This document shows positions 28,562 through 38,635 of a stretch of DNA of 64,000 nucleotides, one piece after another. Below the pieces are notes generated by a model. That model was not told where the DNA came from and did no database searches. It was given only the letters and a program-made list of their open reading frames with translations. A program made the translations under genes and the position numbers. How positions within the stretch are numbered: the first letter of the stretch is position 1; every line of letters begins with the position of its first letter. This stretch comes from a virus: the IMG/VR virus record IMGVR_UViG_3300025151_000022, positions 1 through 64,000 of that record; one strand, 5' to 3'.

Positions 28562-30070
28562 TTAGAGAATAGGAGGAAATGGCATCATTTGCCAATTATC
28601 CTCAACATCATTCACTAACCTTTCTGCATATAATGCTCCATTTAGGTTTCCAGATGCGTGATTATTACCCACTAAAATATGCCTTTCTATACCATCGAAT
28701 GGTGGTTGCTCATGAGCAGGATCATATTCACTCAGAGACACAGTAACAGAACTCCAATAACCGGTGCCAACAAAACTAGTTGTCTTATAGTAAATTCTAT
28801 TTGTTCCCGGAGCCATAACCATGTTTAGTGAGCTGATACTGGATCCACCATTCGATAGTCGGGCTCGGTATGTTCCAATATTGCTGCGATGACCAAACAT
28901 ATCACCTCTTTGGAAAAGATCATTATATGCCCAATCCTTATAAGTTCCAGCCATTATGTATTCTCCTGCTGAAGTAGAACCCGGAATACTTGAATGATAA
29001 ATTACTCCACTTTTATCTTTAGATCCAGTACCAAAAGAACTAGTTTGTTCATCACACTCACTAGATCCGCAAACAAATTTTCCATTTTTTGCAGCAACAT
29101 GATAACCCATACGATCATAAGAAGTGACTCCATCACCATAATTGTCAGATGCATCATCAGGATCTTCAGCAAAATGCCAAGTTTCGCCAGTACCATCGAG
29201 TTTATATGTAAATACTTCTCCATGATAATATCGTATAAAATCTTGTGAACCTCCTGGAGCTCCGACTACAATACGACCATTACTTATAGCTACACTATAT
29301 CCAAAGAGTATATCATATGCATTGTAATTTTCAGTACCAGCTCTAGTGAGAGCATTTGCAGAAGGTTGTATTTTAAATTCACCAGTGCCATCTAAATTAT
29401 AAACATACACTGCTCCAGCATTGGTGTCATTTCTAGAACCATATACTTTAGTTTCATTTGGGTTGCCAATTGCAACCTTACCATCTCCACAGGCACATAT
29501 TTTTCCGAAATCATCGGCAATTCCTCCAGTTCCTGTACCTGCTTTGTCTATGTTTACATACCCAGTTCCATCATAATTCCATAAATGAGCTCCAGTAGTA
29601 CTACTAACGCAAATCTTTTCATTGGTGGTGTCAACTGTTAAATAATCGCCCCAGGCATCATCAGTTTCTGCATTAGCATAACTTATTTTTCTTAAAGCAC
29701 CTGGGGGATAATCATCAGGATTTGTTGAAATAGTAACTTCTTCATTAGAAGAATCCCAAACAAATATACTTTGTTTTCTATATATTAAAATACTATTAGT
29801 ATTACTCTTAGCAGCTAAAAAAACAAGATCATCAGTCGCATATATTCCTCTCACTCTAGGGAAGGAAGCGACAATATCAAAATTTATACCTATTTTTGCG
29901 AGAGTCATACCTAAGGGAGTGGCAGGTGGCGCAGGAGTTACTGTACCATCAATAAATTTAAATTCGGGTCCACCGCCATCAGGAAAAATCCAAACGTTGT
30001 CTGCAGATTCCCAGGTATTTTCGACAGCTTTTTCATTTGCTTCAGTTAAAGTAAATACTCCTGCTGACAT
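28562..30070 (-). CDS. FG-GAP beta-propeller virion protein, paralogue of 26669-28531
   Basis: FGYSVAISNGRIVVGAP, GAVYVYNLDGT; near-identical N-terminal leader. Confidence 0.8.
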   Translation of the reverse strand: MSAGVFTLTEANEKAVENTWESADNVWIFPDGGGPEFKFIDGTVTPAPPATPLGMTLAKIGINFDIVASFPRVRGIYATDDLVFLAAKSNTNSILIYRKQSIFVWDSSNEEVTISTNPDDYPPGALRKISYANAETDDAWGDYLTVDTTNEKICVSSTTGAHLWNYDGTGYVNIDKAGTGTGGIADDFGKICACGDGKVAIGNPNETKVYGSRNDTNAGAVYVYNLDGTGEFKIQPSANALTRAGTENYNAYDILFGYSVAISNGRIVVGAPGGSQDFIRYYHGEVFTYKLDGTGETWHFAEDPDDASDNYGDGVTSYDRMGYHVAAKNGKFVCGSSECDEQTSSFGTGSKDKSGVIYHSSIPGSTSAGEYIMAGTYKDWAYNDLFQRGDMFGHRSNIGTYRARLSNGGSSISSLNMVMAPGTNRIYYKTTSFVGTGYWSSVTVSLSEYDPAHEQPPFDGIERHILVGNNHASGNLNGALYAERLVNDVEDNWQMMPFPPIL

Positions 30071-30095
30071 TTTACCACTTTTCTAGTTATTTATC

Positions 30096-30770
30096 TTAGT
30101 TTTCAACCTTGATATTATATTTTTTTGAAAGTTTTTCATTTTGTTTTTCTAAAGAAGCAAAACCTTGAACTGTCAACCATGTTACGATAGAATATCTAGT
30201 TCCTTTGGTCACTGGTTCAACTCCATGCAAAAAATAATGGTTAGAGGGGAAACAAACCAACATACCTTTCTCTGGTCTAATTCTAATTCCACACTCAGGA
30301 AAAATTAAATCACCACCTTCAAAATCTTTTCCACCATCATTTAAAAAAAATATCATAGATAAATCTCTATCGACACTTTTTTTGAAAATTGGACCATCAG
30401 GAGAATTCCATAAAGCTTCTCCATCAACGTGAGGTCGGTAGTGTCCACCAGGTTTATATATTAATAATTGGGGTAATTCTCCATCAAGTACATTTATACC
30501 ATAAAATTGATTAACAATATTTTTTACACTATGAAAAAGTAATTCTTTTAAACCCGAATAAATGGGTTCTATAGGAACAGTTTGTGTATTTCTGATATTT
30601 TTATCCGTTCTCCATTTTGGTTCTTTACTAGATTTATTAGTTTTTTCGGGGTCAAAGATAGATAAATCTGAAATTTCTGAAGAATTTTCAATATGAGAAA
30701 CTATTTCTTTTATTCCTCGTTCAGAAATAACATTTCTTTCTATTAAAATATTTGAAAGTAGTTTGTTCAT
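30096..30770 (-). CDS. 2OG-Fe(II) oxygenase, prolyl-4-hydroxylase-like
   Basis: YKPGGHYRPHVD (HxD), FEGGDL, HGVEPVTKGTRYSIVTW. Confidence 0.92.
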   Translation of the reverse strand: MNKLLSNILIERNVISERGIKEIVSHIENSSEISDLSIFDPEKTNKSSKEPKWRTDKNIRNTQTVPIEPIYSGLKELLFHSVKNIVNQFYGINVLDGELPQLLIYKPGGHYRPHVDGEALWNSPDGPIFKKSVDRDLSMIFFLNDGGKDFEGGDLIFPECGIRIRPEKGMLVCFPSNHYFLHGVEPVTKGTRYSIVTWLTVQGFASLEKQNEKLSKKYNIKVEN

Positions 30771-31219
30771 TGCATACGAAATATGGTAAATGTTACAGAC
30801 AAATCATTACCAAAAGAATGCCAAAGATTTGAACGAAATAAGACTAATTTATTATACTTTGATTGTATATTTGCATATTGATTCCATAAATTAATTTCAT
30901 TTGATACATTATATTGCTCATGTATGGATTCATTTGGACAATATTCAAGTCCAGTTTCTTTATGCGAAAAAAACTTTAATACTAGTTTCTTTGCATTAAG
31001 TGATAGTGGATCATCTAAGAAGTGAACTCCAGTCCATCTACTATTATTGTCTGATATAACTCCTCTAGAAACTTCTTTGTCAGTCGAAAAAGATTTAATT
31101 TCTACTTTTTCATTTAAAATCTGAGAAATTCTTTTTGGAACTTCATCAAATACTTGTTTGAATGAAATTTTTTCAACACCATCAATAAAATTGTCTACTA
31201 TAATAATATTCCGATCCAT
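30767..31219 (-). CDS. Shortened DUF6445-like oxygenase lacking the HxD motif
   Basis: IIVDNF and YNKLVLFRSNLWHS shared with 33722-34345; the HxD site reads VISD. Confidence 0.65.
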   Translation of the reverse strand: MDRNIIIVDNFIDGVEKISFKQVFDEVPKRISQILNEKVEIKSFSTDKEVSRGVISDNNSRWTGVHFLDDPLSLNAKKLVLKFFSHKETGLEYCPNESIHEQYNVSNEINLWNQYANIQSKYNKLVLFRSNLWHSFGNDLSVTFTIFRMQ

Positions 31220-31224
31220 TAAAT

Positions 31225-33069
31225 TTAATCTTCATAATATCTTTGGGAAGTATTTGTTCTACTATTAAAATATCCTCCAACCTCATTATCATCACCTTTT
31301 AATTTAAGTTGATTTTTTTCTTCAAATGCTTTGAGAGCACCTGTTCCAAGATCAACACCTGTAAGTTTTTCGTATCCGCGCATCACTTTAGTTTCTAAAT
31401 CTTTAATGAATTCATCTCTTCCTTCTTGAGAAAGAAGTTTATCAATAGACAAGTAACCTTCTTTCAGATTATTTCTTTCGTCAATAAGTGATGGTGCAGA
31501 AGCACGTCTCATTGCCTGTAAATTTCCACCAGAAATACCAGTTCTACTGGACATTAAATCATCAAGTGCTTGTTCTGCAAGACGAGTATCCCAATATTCC
31601 TCATTTTCTTCTAAGAATTGTTCTCTTGTTGGAGGAGTGCCTCCATTTCTTTCTACCAGTTTGTCGAGAATTTTATCAAATAATTCTAATTGATGTAAAC
31701 GATCTCTAATCTCATTCTCTGAAGTTTTTAAATAATGCATTAGTTGAAGTTCTTCCAAATCATACCAATGGGGAACTTTATACTTATCAGAAGATTTTTG
31801 ATCACCTTCATCTCCATCTGCAGAATAGAGAAGAGGTTTAGATTTATCATGATGATCTTTCCACTTAAATTCAAAATTACGAACTGTTCTTTTCATATCA
31901 ATTAATTTATGCATATATCCTTCCGCCATAATTCGACGTTCTTTCAAGATATGCTCAAAAGTAACTGAAATATTGTGAGTATTTAAAGTAATAAATTTTT
32001 CAATCTGGAAGTTAGTTCTCCCCTGCGCCATTTCTTTATCACTTTCTTCCCACTTTAATACATTTGCAGATGCTTGACGAAGATAATCATCATTTTCAAC
32101 AGCTTCTCTTGCACTAAGAGGTCTGTAACTTAAAGAACTTTCTTCATTCATCATGGTATTTTCGGTAAATTTTGAAATTAATAAATTCCACTGATTAGCA
32201 ATGGTTTTCCAATCATATTTTTCAGAAACATAATCAGAAATAGTTTTTGAGACTTTTTGATAAAACGATTTATCTCTATCAAAATAATCTAATAAGGAAC
32301 AACAAGTCTCGGTGAATTTATTTATAAAGTTTTCTGAAACCTTGTAACCCGTATTGGTAGATTCTCCATCAATTGGAACAACAACTGAATTTTGTTTTCC
32401 AGCAACTTCATTTAGTGCTCCGATATCAGTGATGATTGGAAATGCTCCACATTTCATTGCTTCTATCATAGAAACGCAAAAAGTTTCTTCCCATATACAA
32501 GGATGTACAAAAAAAGCAGATTCTTGATAGTGTTCGATAAGTTTTTCCCTATCAACTGCAGAAGAATACTCTACATTTGGTAATCTTTTTAGATAATTAT
32601 ATACTTCTTGATATGTATCTTCCATATCATCTCCATACAATGACATAGAAGAAAATATTTTAAATTTTACATCGGGATGTTTTTCCAATACTCGTGGAAT
32701 AATTTTAGACAAAACTTCTAGTCCTTTATATGGAATAGAAGTGAAAATCATAGTCTTACTTTTTCTTTGAGAATACTTAAACATATCCGCAACTCCATTT
32801 GGAATTACAGTAATTTTTTCTTCAGGAACATTGTGATATTTAATAAACATATCTTTATTCCATTGAGATGGGGATACGATATGATTTACAATATTATGAT
32901 CAAAATTTAAAAATATTCTCTGATCATATGCATGGTGTGCCCATAAAATCTTAATAGGATGATTTGACTCTAAAATGTACGAAGGTAAATGTGATACAAA
33001 CACATTTTTGGGAAATTTATAATGTTCTTGAAGATAATAGTAAGAAGTTTCAGTTGCTCCAGATTTCAT
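31225..33069 (-). CDS. GT-B (family 4-like) glycosyltransferase fused to a helical/coiled-coil C-terminal domain
   Basis: VIPNG, PYKGLE, EETFCVSMIEAMKCG..PIITDIGALNE, YDWKTIANQW. Confidence 0.88.
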   Translation of the reverse strand: MKSGATETSYYYLQEHYKFPKNVFVSHLPSYILESNHPIKILWAHHAYDQRIFLNFDHNIVNHIVSPSQWNKDMFIKYHNVPEEKITVIPNGVADMFKYSQRKSKTMIFTSIPYKGLEVLSKIIPRVLEKHPDVKFKIFSSMSLYGDDMEDTYQEVYNYLKRLPNVEYSSAVDREKLIEHYQESAFFVHPCIWEETFCVSMIEAMKCGAFPIITDIGALNEVAGKQNSVVVPIDGESTNTGYKVSENFINKFTETCCSLLDYFDRDKSFYQKVSKTISDYVSEKYDWKTIANQWNLLISKFTENTMMNEESSLSYRPLSAREAVENDDYLRQASANVLKWEESDKEMAQGRTNFQIEKFITLNTHNISVTFEHILKERRIMAEGYMHKLIDMKRTVRNFEFKWKDHHDKSKPLLYSADGDEGDQKSSDKYKVPHWYDLEELQLMHYLKTSENEIRDRLHQLELFDKILDKLVERNGGTPPTREQFLEENEEYWDTRLAEQALDDLMSSRTGISGGNLQAMRRASAPSLIDERNNLKEGYLSIDKLLSQEGRDEFIKDLETKVMRGYEKLTGVDLGTGALKAFEEKNQLKLKGDDNEVGGYFNSRTNTSQRYYED

Positions 33070-33725
33070 TGTTCTTCTCCATAAATGTGATATCCAGTAT
33101 GATTTAATTTTATTGAGACATCAAGCCATATATCATAACCAACTTGATTTGCTCTATGAAAAAATGATTTATCTTCCGATAAAAATGTATTACCTCTCTT
33201 ATATTCCGAAAAATAGTGATATGAGTTTTTTATTTCATTTGGACTATGTGGGTATTCAGTATGATAATCTGTTGGAATATATTTTAAACCTGGATATTTC
33301 ATTGCAATATCGACAAAAACTTTACGATGAATTAATGCAAACCCCAAACCATTTCCATAAATCTTAACTAAATCACCTCTTCTTTCTTCTGGTTCATATG
33401 GATTAAAGCAATATTTTGTTGGCAAAGTTTTCATTGGATATGCCCCAGTAACAATTGGAAGTTTATATGAAATTAATTTCATAACATCTTCTTTTTGAAA
33501 CCCAATATCACTATCTAAGAAAAACAAATACTCATGATCAGTATTATTCAAGAAAAAATTAACTATTCTTGATCTTCCCTGAGAAATTAAAGAAGAATTT
33601 GATAGACTCAAAATTGAATGAGGAATATCATTTCTTACAAATTCTTTACCAAGATTGAACAATCCAATAGTAGTTTGTTCAGATACATTTCCGCCCCCGC
33701 ATGGGAGTCCTATCATTATACTCAT
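33066..33725 (-). CDS. GT-A (family 2-like) glycosyltransferase
   Basis: LFFLDSDI (DxD), GLGFALIHR, LSEDKSF, LNHTG. Confidence 0.82.
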   Translation of the reverse strand: MSIMIGLPCGGGNVSEQTTIGLFNLGKEFVRNDIPHSILSLSNSSLISQGRSRIVNFFLNNTDHEYLFFLDSDIGFQKEDVMKLISYKLPIVTGAYPMKTLPTKYCFNPYEPEERRGDLVKIYGNGLGFALIHRKVFVDIAMKYPGLKYIPTDYHTEYPHSPNEIKNSYHYFSEYKRGNTFLSEDKSFFHRANQVGYDIWLDVSIKLNHTGYHIYGEEQ

Positions 33726-34345
33726 TTATCAAAGAAATTAATTGGATTAAAAAAGAATAGCTGAACTAAACGACCATCAGAAATATCTTTACCAAAATTA
33801 TAGTTGTGAGAATGCCAGAGATTTGAACGAAATATAACCATTCTATTATACTTCATTGGACATAAAAAGTATCTACTCCATAACTTTCTATCAAGACCAT
33901 CACCATAGACAACTTTTTCCCAATGAGAATTCTTAGAAGTATATCCATACATTCTAGCTTTTTCATCACTATCAAGTAACTGATCTTGACCAGAAGAATT
34001 ATGAATCCAAAAAGATGTTCCTCCTTCATCAATGCATTGTTCTGGAGTATTTAAATAACAAACTGCCCCAAATTGCCATATAGGATCTACATGAATATCT
34101 TGTTTAAACTTATCTTTCTCTAAAGATAAACGAAAATAACCATTCTGATCCGCTGGAATAAGTTTTCTACCAAGAATTTCTTCAAATTTATTGTGTATTT
34201 CTTTTGTATAGAAATTTGTCTTTGAATTTTTTCCTGGATATGTATGATTACCTGTAGGGGTTGGATATTGAGAATTTATAGCAGCATCTCGTACTTTTTT
34301 TGGATCATCGTAAAAATTATCAATGACTATTATACTTCTCTTCAT
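33722..34345 (-). CDS. DUF6445-like 2OG-Fe(II) oxygenase
   Basis: VIDNFYDDP, YPG, IHVD (HxD), GGTSFW, YNRMVIFRSNLWHS, RLVQLFF. Confidence 0.85.
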   Translation of the reverse strand: MKRSIIVIDNFYDDPKKVRDAAINSQYPTPTGNHTYPGKNSKTNFYTKEIHNKFEEILGRKLIPADQNGYFRLSLEKDKFKQDIHVDPIWQFGAVCYLNTPEQCIDEGGTSFWIHNSSGQDQLLDSDEKARMYGYTSKNSHWEKVVYGDGLDRKLWSRYFLCPMKYNRMVIFRSNLWHSHNYNFGKDISDGRLVQLFFFNPINFFDK

Positions 34346-34369
34346 AATAATTATGACAAAAAATATTTT

Positions 34370-37024
34370 TTAGACTATAGATCTGCTGTGATACTTAGCG
34401 GTCCTTTGTTCTGGTCCTCCCATTCCATTATTTTCATTACAAGCTCCATAAACTGCACCACCATAAGTTTGACCCGGACCTCTATCATCTGGTGATGATG
34501 AGATATGGTAGATAGTTCCAGTTGTAGTGCCTTGTTGATACATGTTGCCGTCGTCTTTAAGAATATGGAAAGTATATCCAGTATACCAACTATACGTCCT
34601 GTATCCATCATTGTAAAGTCCACTAGAGTTAGTAAGATTAGCGTAAGCACTGTCCAATGTATCAGTTGAGAACTGTATTCTTCCAATATTACTAACACCA
34701 TCATGAGCATAAAGCATACCATAAACACCATCAGAAGTTCTAGTATAACCACCAGAAAAAGAAGCACCTACATTAGGTAAGGCAGAAAAACTTTCTGTTG
34801 AGAATGTAAATTTTTGGAAACCACTTGCACCTCTAATAAAATAAAGATAATCCATAGTTCCAATAGTATGTCCTGCAAAACTCGAATATCCACTTCCTAG
34901 TGTAGTATATGCATGAGTTGGAGTATTGGTTGGAATAGTAGAATATGTCTCTGTTGAATATGTAATTTTTTCACAGTCTGTATTGTTTGGATAGTCTCCT
35001 TGAATATAAAAGTTTGCATTTGGTGCATTTTCTGTTCCATTAACGAATCCCCCTAAGACATATCCAGTACTTGTATCTCCACCGTATTGTGATAGACCTT
35101 TTTCCCTCGGAAGACTTGAAGATGGAAGGTATGTAATTGTGTCTTGAATATAACTTATCTTATGTGTATCGCTTCTCAGTATTCTTCCACTTCTCGCACC
35201 AGGATAATCACCAGTATTAACTGGATAGATGTTATCGTTCTGTCCACCAACATATTCATCTCCGCCCGATACATATCCCGCTGATCTATTAGATAAAGCT
35301 GCTGATGCATAAACTGGCAAAGTTACTGCTGCCTTTCCTTCTGGGGGATCCGACTTCCATCTATACCATCCATTAGTGCCTGCAGTTCCCGAAGTTAAAT
35401 TGCCAGTTTTCATCCAACTAGCACCTAACGAAACTGAAACATTACTGTATCGTGGATTTAATAGCGAAGTGTCAAAATTATTATATGGAGCTGGATTTGT
35501 TGCGTTATTAATAAATGTACTTATTTTATAAAGGGTCATTCCACTTCCTAAAATGTATCCATATGTTGGCCCTCCACTATACAGAAAATCTGGGTCTTCT
35601 TCGAGTGTTTCTGTTGGAGGTGTTCCTGGTTGCCCATAATAATTTGTCGCAGGACCACGATCAAAAGGTATTTGATAACCACCTTGATATGGTTTTCCTT
35701 GTCCAGTTGCCGAAGCAAACGTATTTGTACGTAAACCAGTACTAGTTAAAGTACTTACAGTTCCAGTGGAAATATTAAATTTATCTGCAAATCTATCGGA
35801 TGTACCTGGAGTAGCACTCATTGCATACACAGATGTCCCAGAACTTGCTGATCTTACATCAAAACCACTTTTATCATCAGCAAAAGTACTACGATTTGCA
35901 CCAGAAACTACATTCATAGTTTCTGTAGAAAATGATATTTTATCAATTTCACTTGAAGCGTTTCTAGTAGAAGAATATTTAAAATCACTACTATCTCTTC
36001 CCATAGTGTATGCTTCTGTACTGTTTCCATCCGCACCATTAGAAAATGAGGCACTTCTAAATGGACTATTATTTGCTGCATGGGAGACTAGATTTATACT
36101 TGGAACTCTAGAACTAGTTTCAGTACTATACGTTAGTCTGAACATAGCAGAACTGTAATGGTAATGCCATGGACCATGACCAGAATAACTCCGCCATTGA
36201 CCATAAGTTGGTAAATTTGATTCATCAACATTCTTACCAGCAGCTTCTCCACCACCAACATATCCTCTATCTAGGTTTCCAAAACTTAAAAAATACGCTC
36301 CCTTATAAGATTCTCCTGTGCTATATCCAGGCAACACTGATTTTGCATCATTAGTATAGTTGATTTTATAATATTGAGAACTTGCATAACCACGTTGATT
36401 GGGATATGTGTAGTAATAATTTCTGAACCAAGACTCCGTTATATAATCATATTTCTTGCCACCTATTATATAACCAGCCTCATTATTACCAATTGTTGAT
36501 GCTGCATATCTACCTGTACCAAGAGTATTTTCTAGACCTTTAGATTTATCAACAAACCCAGCACCAGGGGAAGGATCATAATCTACATAATCTAATGTTA
36601 CTGATGGAAGAGATGATTGACTATCATTAGAAAAAGATATTTTCCTTACTACCGCACCATTACCACCTGGCCAATTATCAGCACCGACAGACGTAGGCAT
36701 AAAATATTCTGTACCACCACAATGATATGCATCTCTACTGTTTGCTAAAATCCACCTATTTTCGGCATCACTGTCTAATGAAGGCAAAGGTGAAGCAGTT
36801 TCAGTGTCAAAGGAAAGTTTGTCAAGATGTGTTTGTGCTGAAAAAATTCTATCTGAACTTGGAATTGCATAAGAACTACTTGCATCGACAGTAGCACTAC
36901 GAAATCCATATGCACTTCTGTTTACAGGATTGCCTTGGTAGTGCCAAACATCAGAATAATCGACCCATTCATCCTTTATCTTTTTTGTTCTTACTCTGGA
37001 TAATGTGAATATACCCCTTGCCAT
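34370..37024 (-). CDS. Kelch-like beta-propeller virion protein (884 aa)
   Basis: Repeated GYxxGG...KI(S/T)(F/Y)STET blades; N-terminal GIFTL...W leader. Confidence 0.75.
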   Translation of the reverse strand: MARGIFTLSRVRTKKIKDEWVDYSDVWHYQGNPVNRSAYGFRSATVDASSSYAIPSSDRIFSAQTHLDKLSFDTETASPLPSLDSDAENRWILANSRDAYHCGGTEYFMPTSVGADNWPGGNGAVVRKISFSNDSQSSLPSVTLDYVDYDPSPGAGFVDKSKGLENTLGTGRYAASTIGNNEAGYIIGGKKYDYITESWFRNYYYTYPNQRGYASSQYYKINYTNDAKSVLPGYSTGESYKGAYFLSFGNLDRGYVGGGEAAGKNVDESNLPTYGQWRSYSGHGPWHYHYSSAMFRLTYSTETSSRVPSINLVSHAANNSPFRSASFSNGADGNSTEAYTMGRDSSDFKYSSTRNASSEIDKISFSTETMNVVSGANRSTFADDKSGFDVRSASSGTSVYAMSATPGTSDRFADKFNISTGTVSTLTSTGLRTNTFASATGQGKPYQGGYQIPFDRGPATNYYGQPGTPPTETLEEDPDFLYSGGPTYGYILGSGMTLYKISTFINNATNPAPYNNFDTSLLNPRYSNVSVSLGASWMKTGNLTSGTAGTNGWYRWKSDPPEGKAAVTLPVYASAALSNRSAGYVSGGDEYVGGQNDNIYPVNTGDYPGARSGRILRSDTHKISYIQDTITYLPSSSLPREKGLSQYGGDTSTGYVLGGFVNGTENAPNANFYIQGDYPNNTDCEKITYSTETYSTIPTNTPTHAYTTLGSGYSSFAGHTIGTMDYLYFIRGASGFQKFTFSTESFSALPNVGASFSGGYTRTSDGVYGMLYAHDGVSNIGRIQFSTDTLDSAYANLTNSSGLYNDGYRTYSWYTGYTFHILKDDGNMYQQGTTTGTIYHISSSPDDRGPGQTYGGAVYGACNENNGMGGPEQRTAKYHSRSIV

Positions 37025-37027
37025 GTT

Positions 37028-38602
37028 TTACTCCGATGCTAGGATGCCAGAAACTTGAAGATGTATTGATTGTCCTGTAGAGTTTCCTATACCCAATCTC
37101 ATATTTTCTTCTAATCTCTTTGGTTGTTCAAGAAGTTCTACTACAGCATATTTTGGAATAATTAAATTTTTAACAATATATATTGGTTTTTCATCTTCTG
37201 CTTGGGCAGCAACATAAATGAATCCACGCATATCAGCTGGGTGATTTGTACACTCATATCTGTATGTTCCTGGAGTTATACTAGTTGTATCCCAAGTTAC
37301 TGTCGTTGTTCCTGCTCCAGTAACTCCTGTCGTAAATCCTGCACCACCGAATGCATCAACAATCGTAAATGGATGACTAGAATGAGTTTCATCCATGTTG
37401 AATTTAAGAATATCACCTTGATTTACATTAAAAGAAGTGTCAGTATTATCAGTTAGTGTGCCATTTCGATCACTTCCTGTAAAATAGTAATCTAAACTTG
37501 TAGTAGAAGCTGCAATACTTACTATATTGAACGTTTGCTGAGGTGACTGTGTATATACCGAGATCAAATGTGGTCCAGTATTAGTTTTATTACATGCACG
37601 AATCGACTGTAATACAGTTGGGTTACTTTCTGAGGTATAAACAGTTTTTGTTTGATTTGAAGTTGCTAAAACACCATCTCCAAGTCCAAATCCAAAATAA
37701 TTAGTATCATTTTTTTCTTCAATCGTCATATGAACGTCAACGGACGTACTGACACCAGACCTATTATAGTCGGTTGATCTCATCACAAGTCTATCTGATG
37801 GACCTAGTACAATTGGTTGGGGTAAAACTTCTATAGCACCACCCGATGAAATTGGTACGTTATATGCAAAATAACTTCTTTCTACACTTGTAGGGTATGA
37901 TGTATAATCAGCACCATTACTGAGAGTATTACTACGGTCGTAATCTATTGCACCAATAATATTTACTTCTGTAGTTCCAGCAGCAACATTACTTGCCATT
38001 AGGGAACGTATGATATATCTACTCCCAGTTGGAGCAGCAGGAGCTACGAAAAGAGTAGCACCAATTCCAGTAAGTACTTCTCTAACACTACTAGAAATAC
38101 CAGAATTAAAATCTCCTCCTCCAGCACCAGCACCACCGACAGTTACTTCTACTGTATCATTTACGATTGCAAAAGTATTACCAGCTCCAAGAAAATTAAA
38201 TTGAGTGACACCAGTACCAATTAATACTCCACCAGATTGAATACCAACGCCAGTTCCTCTAATGCCAATATTTACAGTGCTTCCATCAACTGAAAATGTA
38301 TTTCCTGCCCCAACAAAGTTTAATTGAGTTATACCAGCACCAATAGTTGTTCCTTCTGACTGAACACCAACTGCTGTTATGAAGGTAGTTGTCAATCCAG
38401 TGAGAGAAGAACCGTCACCAATAAATGATTGAGCAGTTACAACACCCGATACACTTGCATTACCACTGAAATTTGCATCGGCACCAGAGACTTCTCCACT
38501 GCCGCCATCTATTCCTCCCGTTGCAGTTACAATACCAGCAAATTGGGCACCGCTTAAAATGTTTGTACTAATTAATTGGGCCTTTGTTTGTTGCTCCGAC
38601 AT
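37028..38602 (-). CDS. Fibre/decoration protein with two adaptor-like beta-sandwiches and a cupredoxin-like domain
   Basis: GIVTA/GVVTA..F.GDGS.LTG, TQLNFVGAGNTF repeats; HPF...YRYECTNHPADM. Confidence 0.75.
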   Translation of the reverse strand: MSEQQTKAQLISTNILSGAQFAGIVTATGGIDGGSGEVSGADANFSGNASVSGVVTAQSFIGDGSSLTGLTTTFITAVGVQSEGTTIGAGITQLNFVGAGNTFSVDGSTVNIGIRGTGVGIQSGGVLIGTGVTQFNFLGAGNTFAIVNDTVEVTVGGAGAGGGDFNSGISSSVREVLTGIGATLFVAPAAPTGSRYIIRSLMASNVAAGTTEVNIIGAIDYDRSNTLSNGADYTSYPTSVERSYFAYNVPISSGGAIEVLPQPIVLGPSDRLVMRSTDYNRSGVSTSVDVHMTIEEKNDTNYFGFGLGDGVLATSNQTKTVYTSESNPTVLQSIRACNKTNTGPHLISVYTQSPQQTFNIVSIAASTTSLDYYFTGSDRNGTLTDNTDTSFNVNQGDILKFNMDETHSSHPFTIVDAFGGAGFTTGVTGAGTTTVTWDTTSITPGTYRYECTNHPADMRGFIYVAAQAEDEKPIYIVKNLIIPKYAVVELLEQPKRLEENMRLGIGNSTGQSIHLQVSGILASE

Positions 38603-38626
38603 TATATTTCAATGGATCTTTTTATA

Positions 38627-38634
38627 TATTTATA
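38627..38634 (-). promoter_or_regulatory. T4 late promoter TATAAATA
   Basis: Exact consensus, intergenic. Confidence 0.8.
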
Positions 38635-38635
38635 A

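Noticed and set aside
28371-30012. Duplicated ~100 bp as a DGR template/variable repeat pair
   Set aside because: Both copies are coding N-termini, the differences are mostly synonymous and not adenine-specific, and no reverse transcriptase is present
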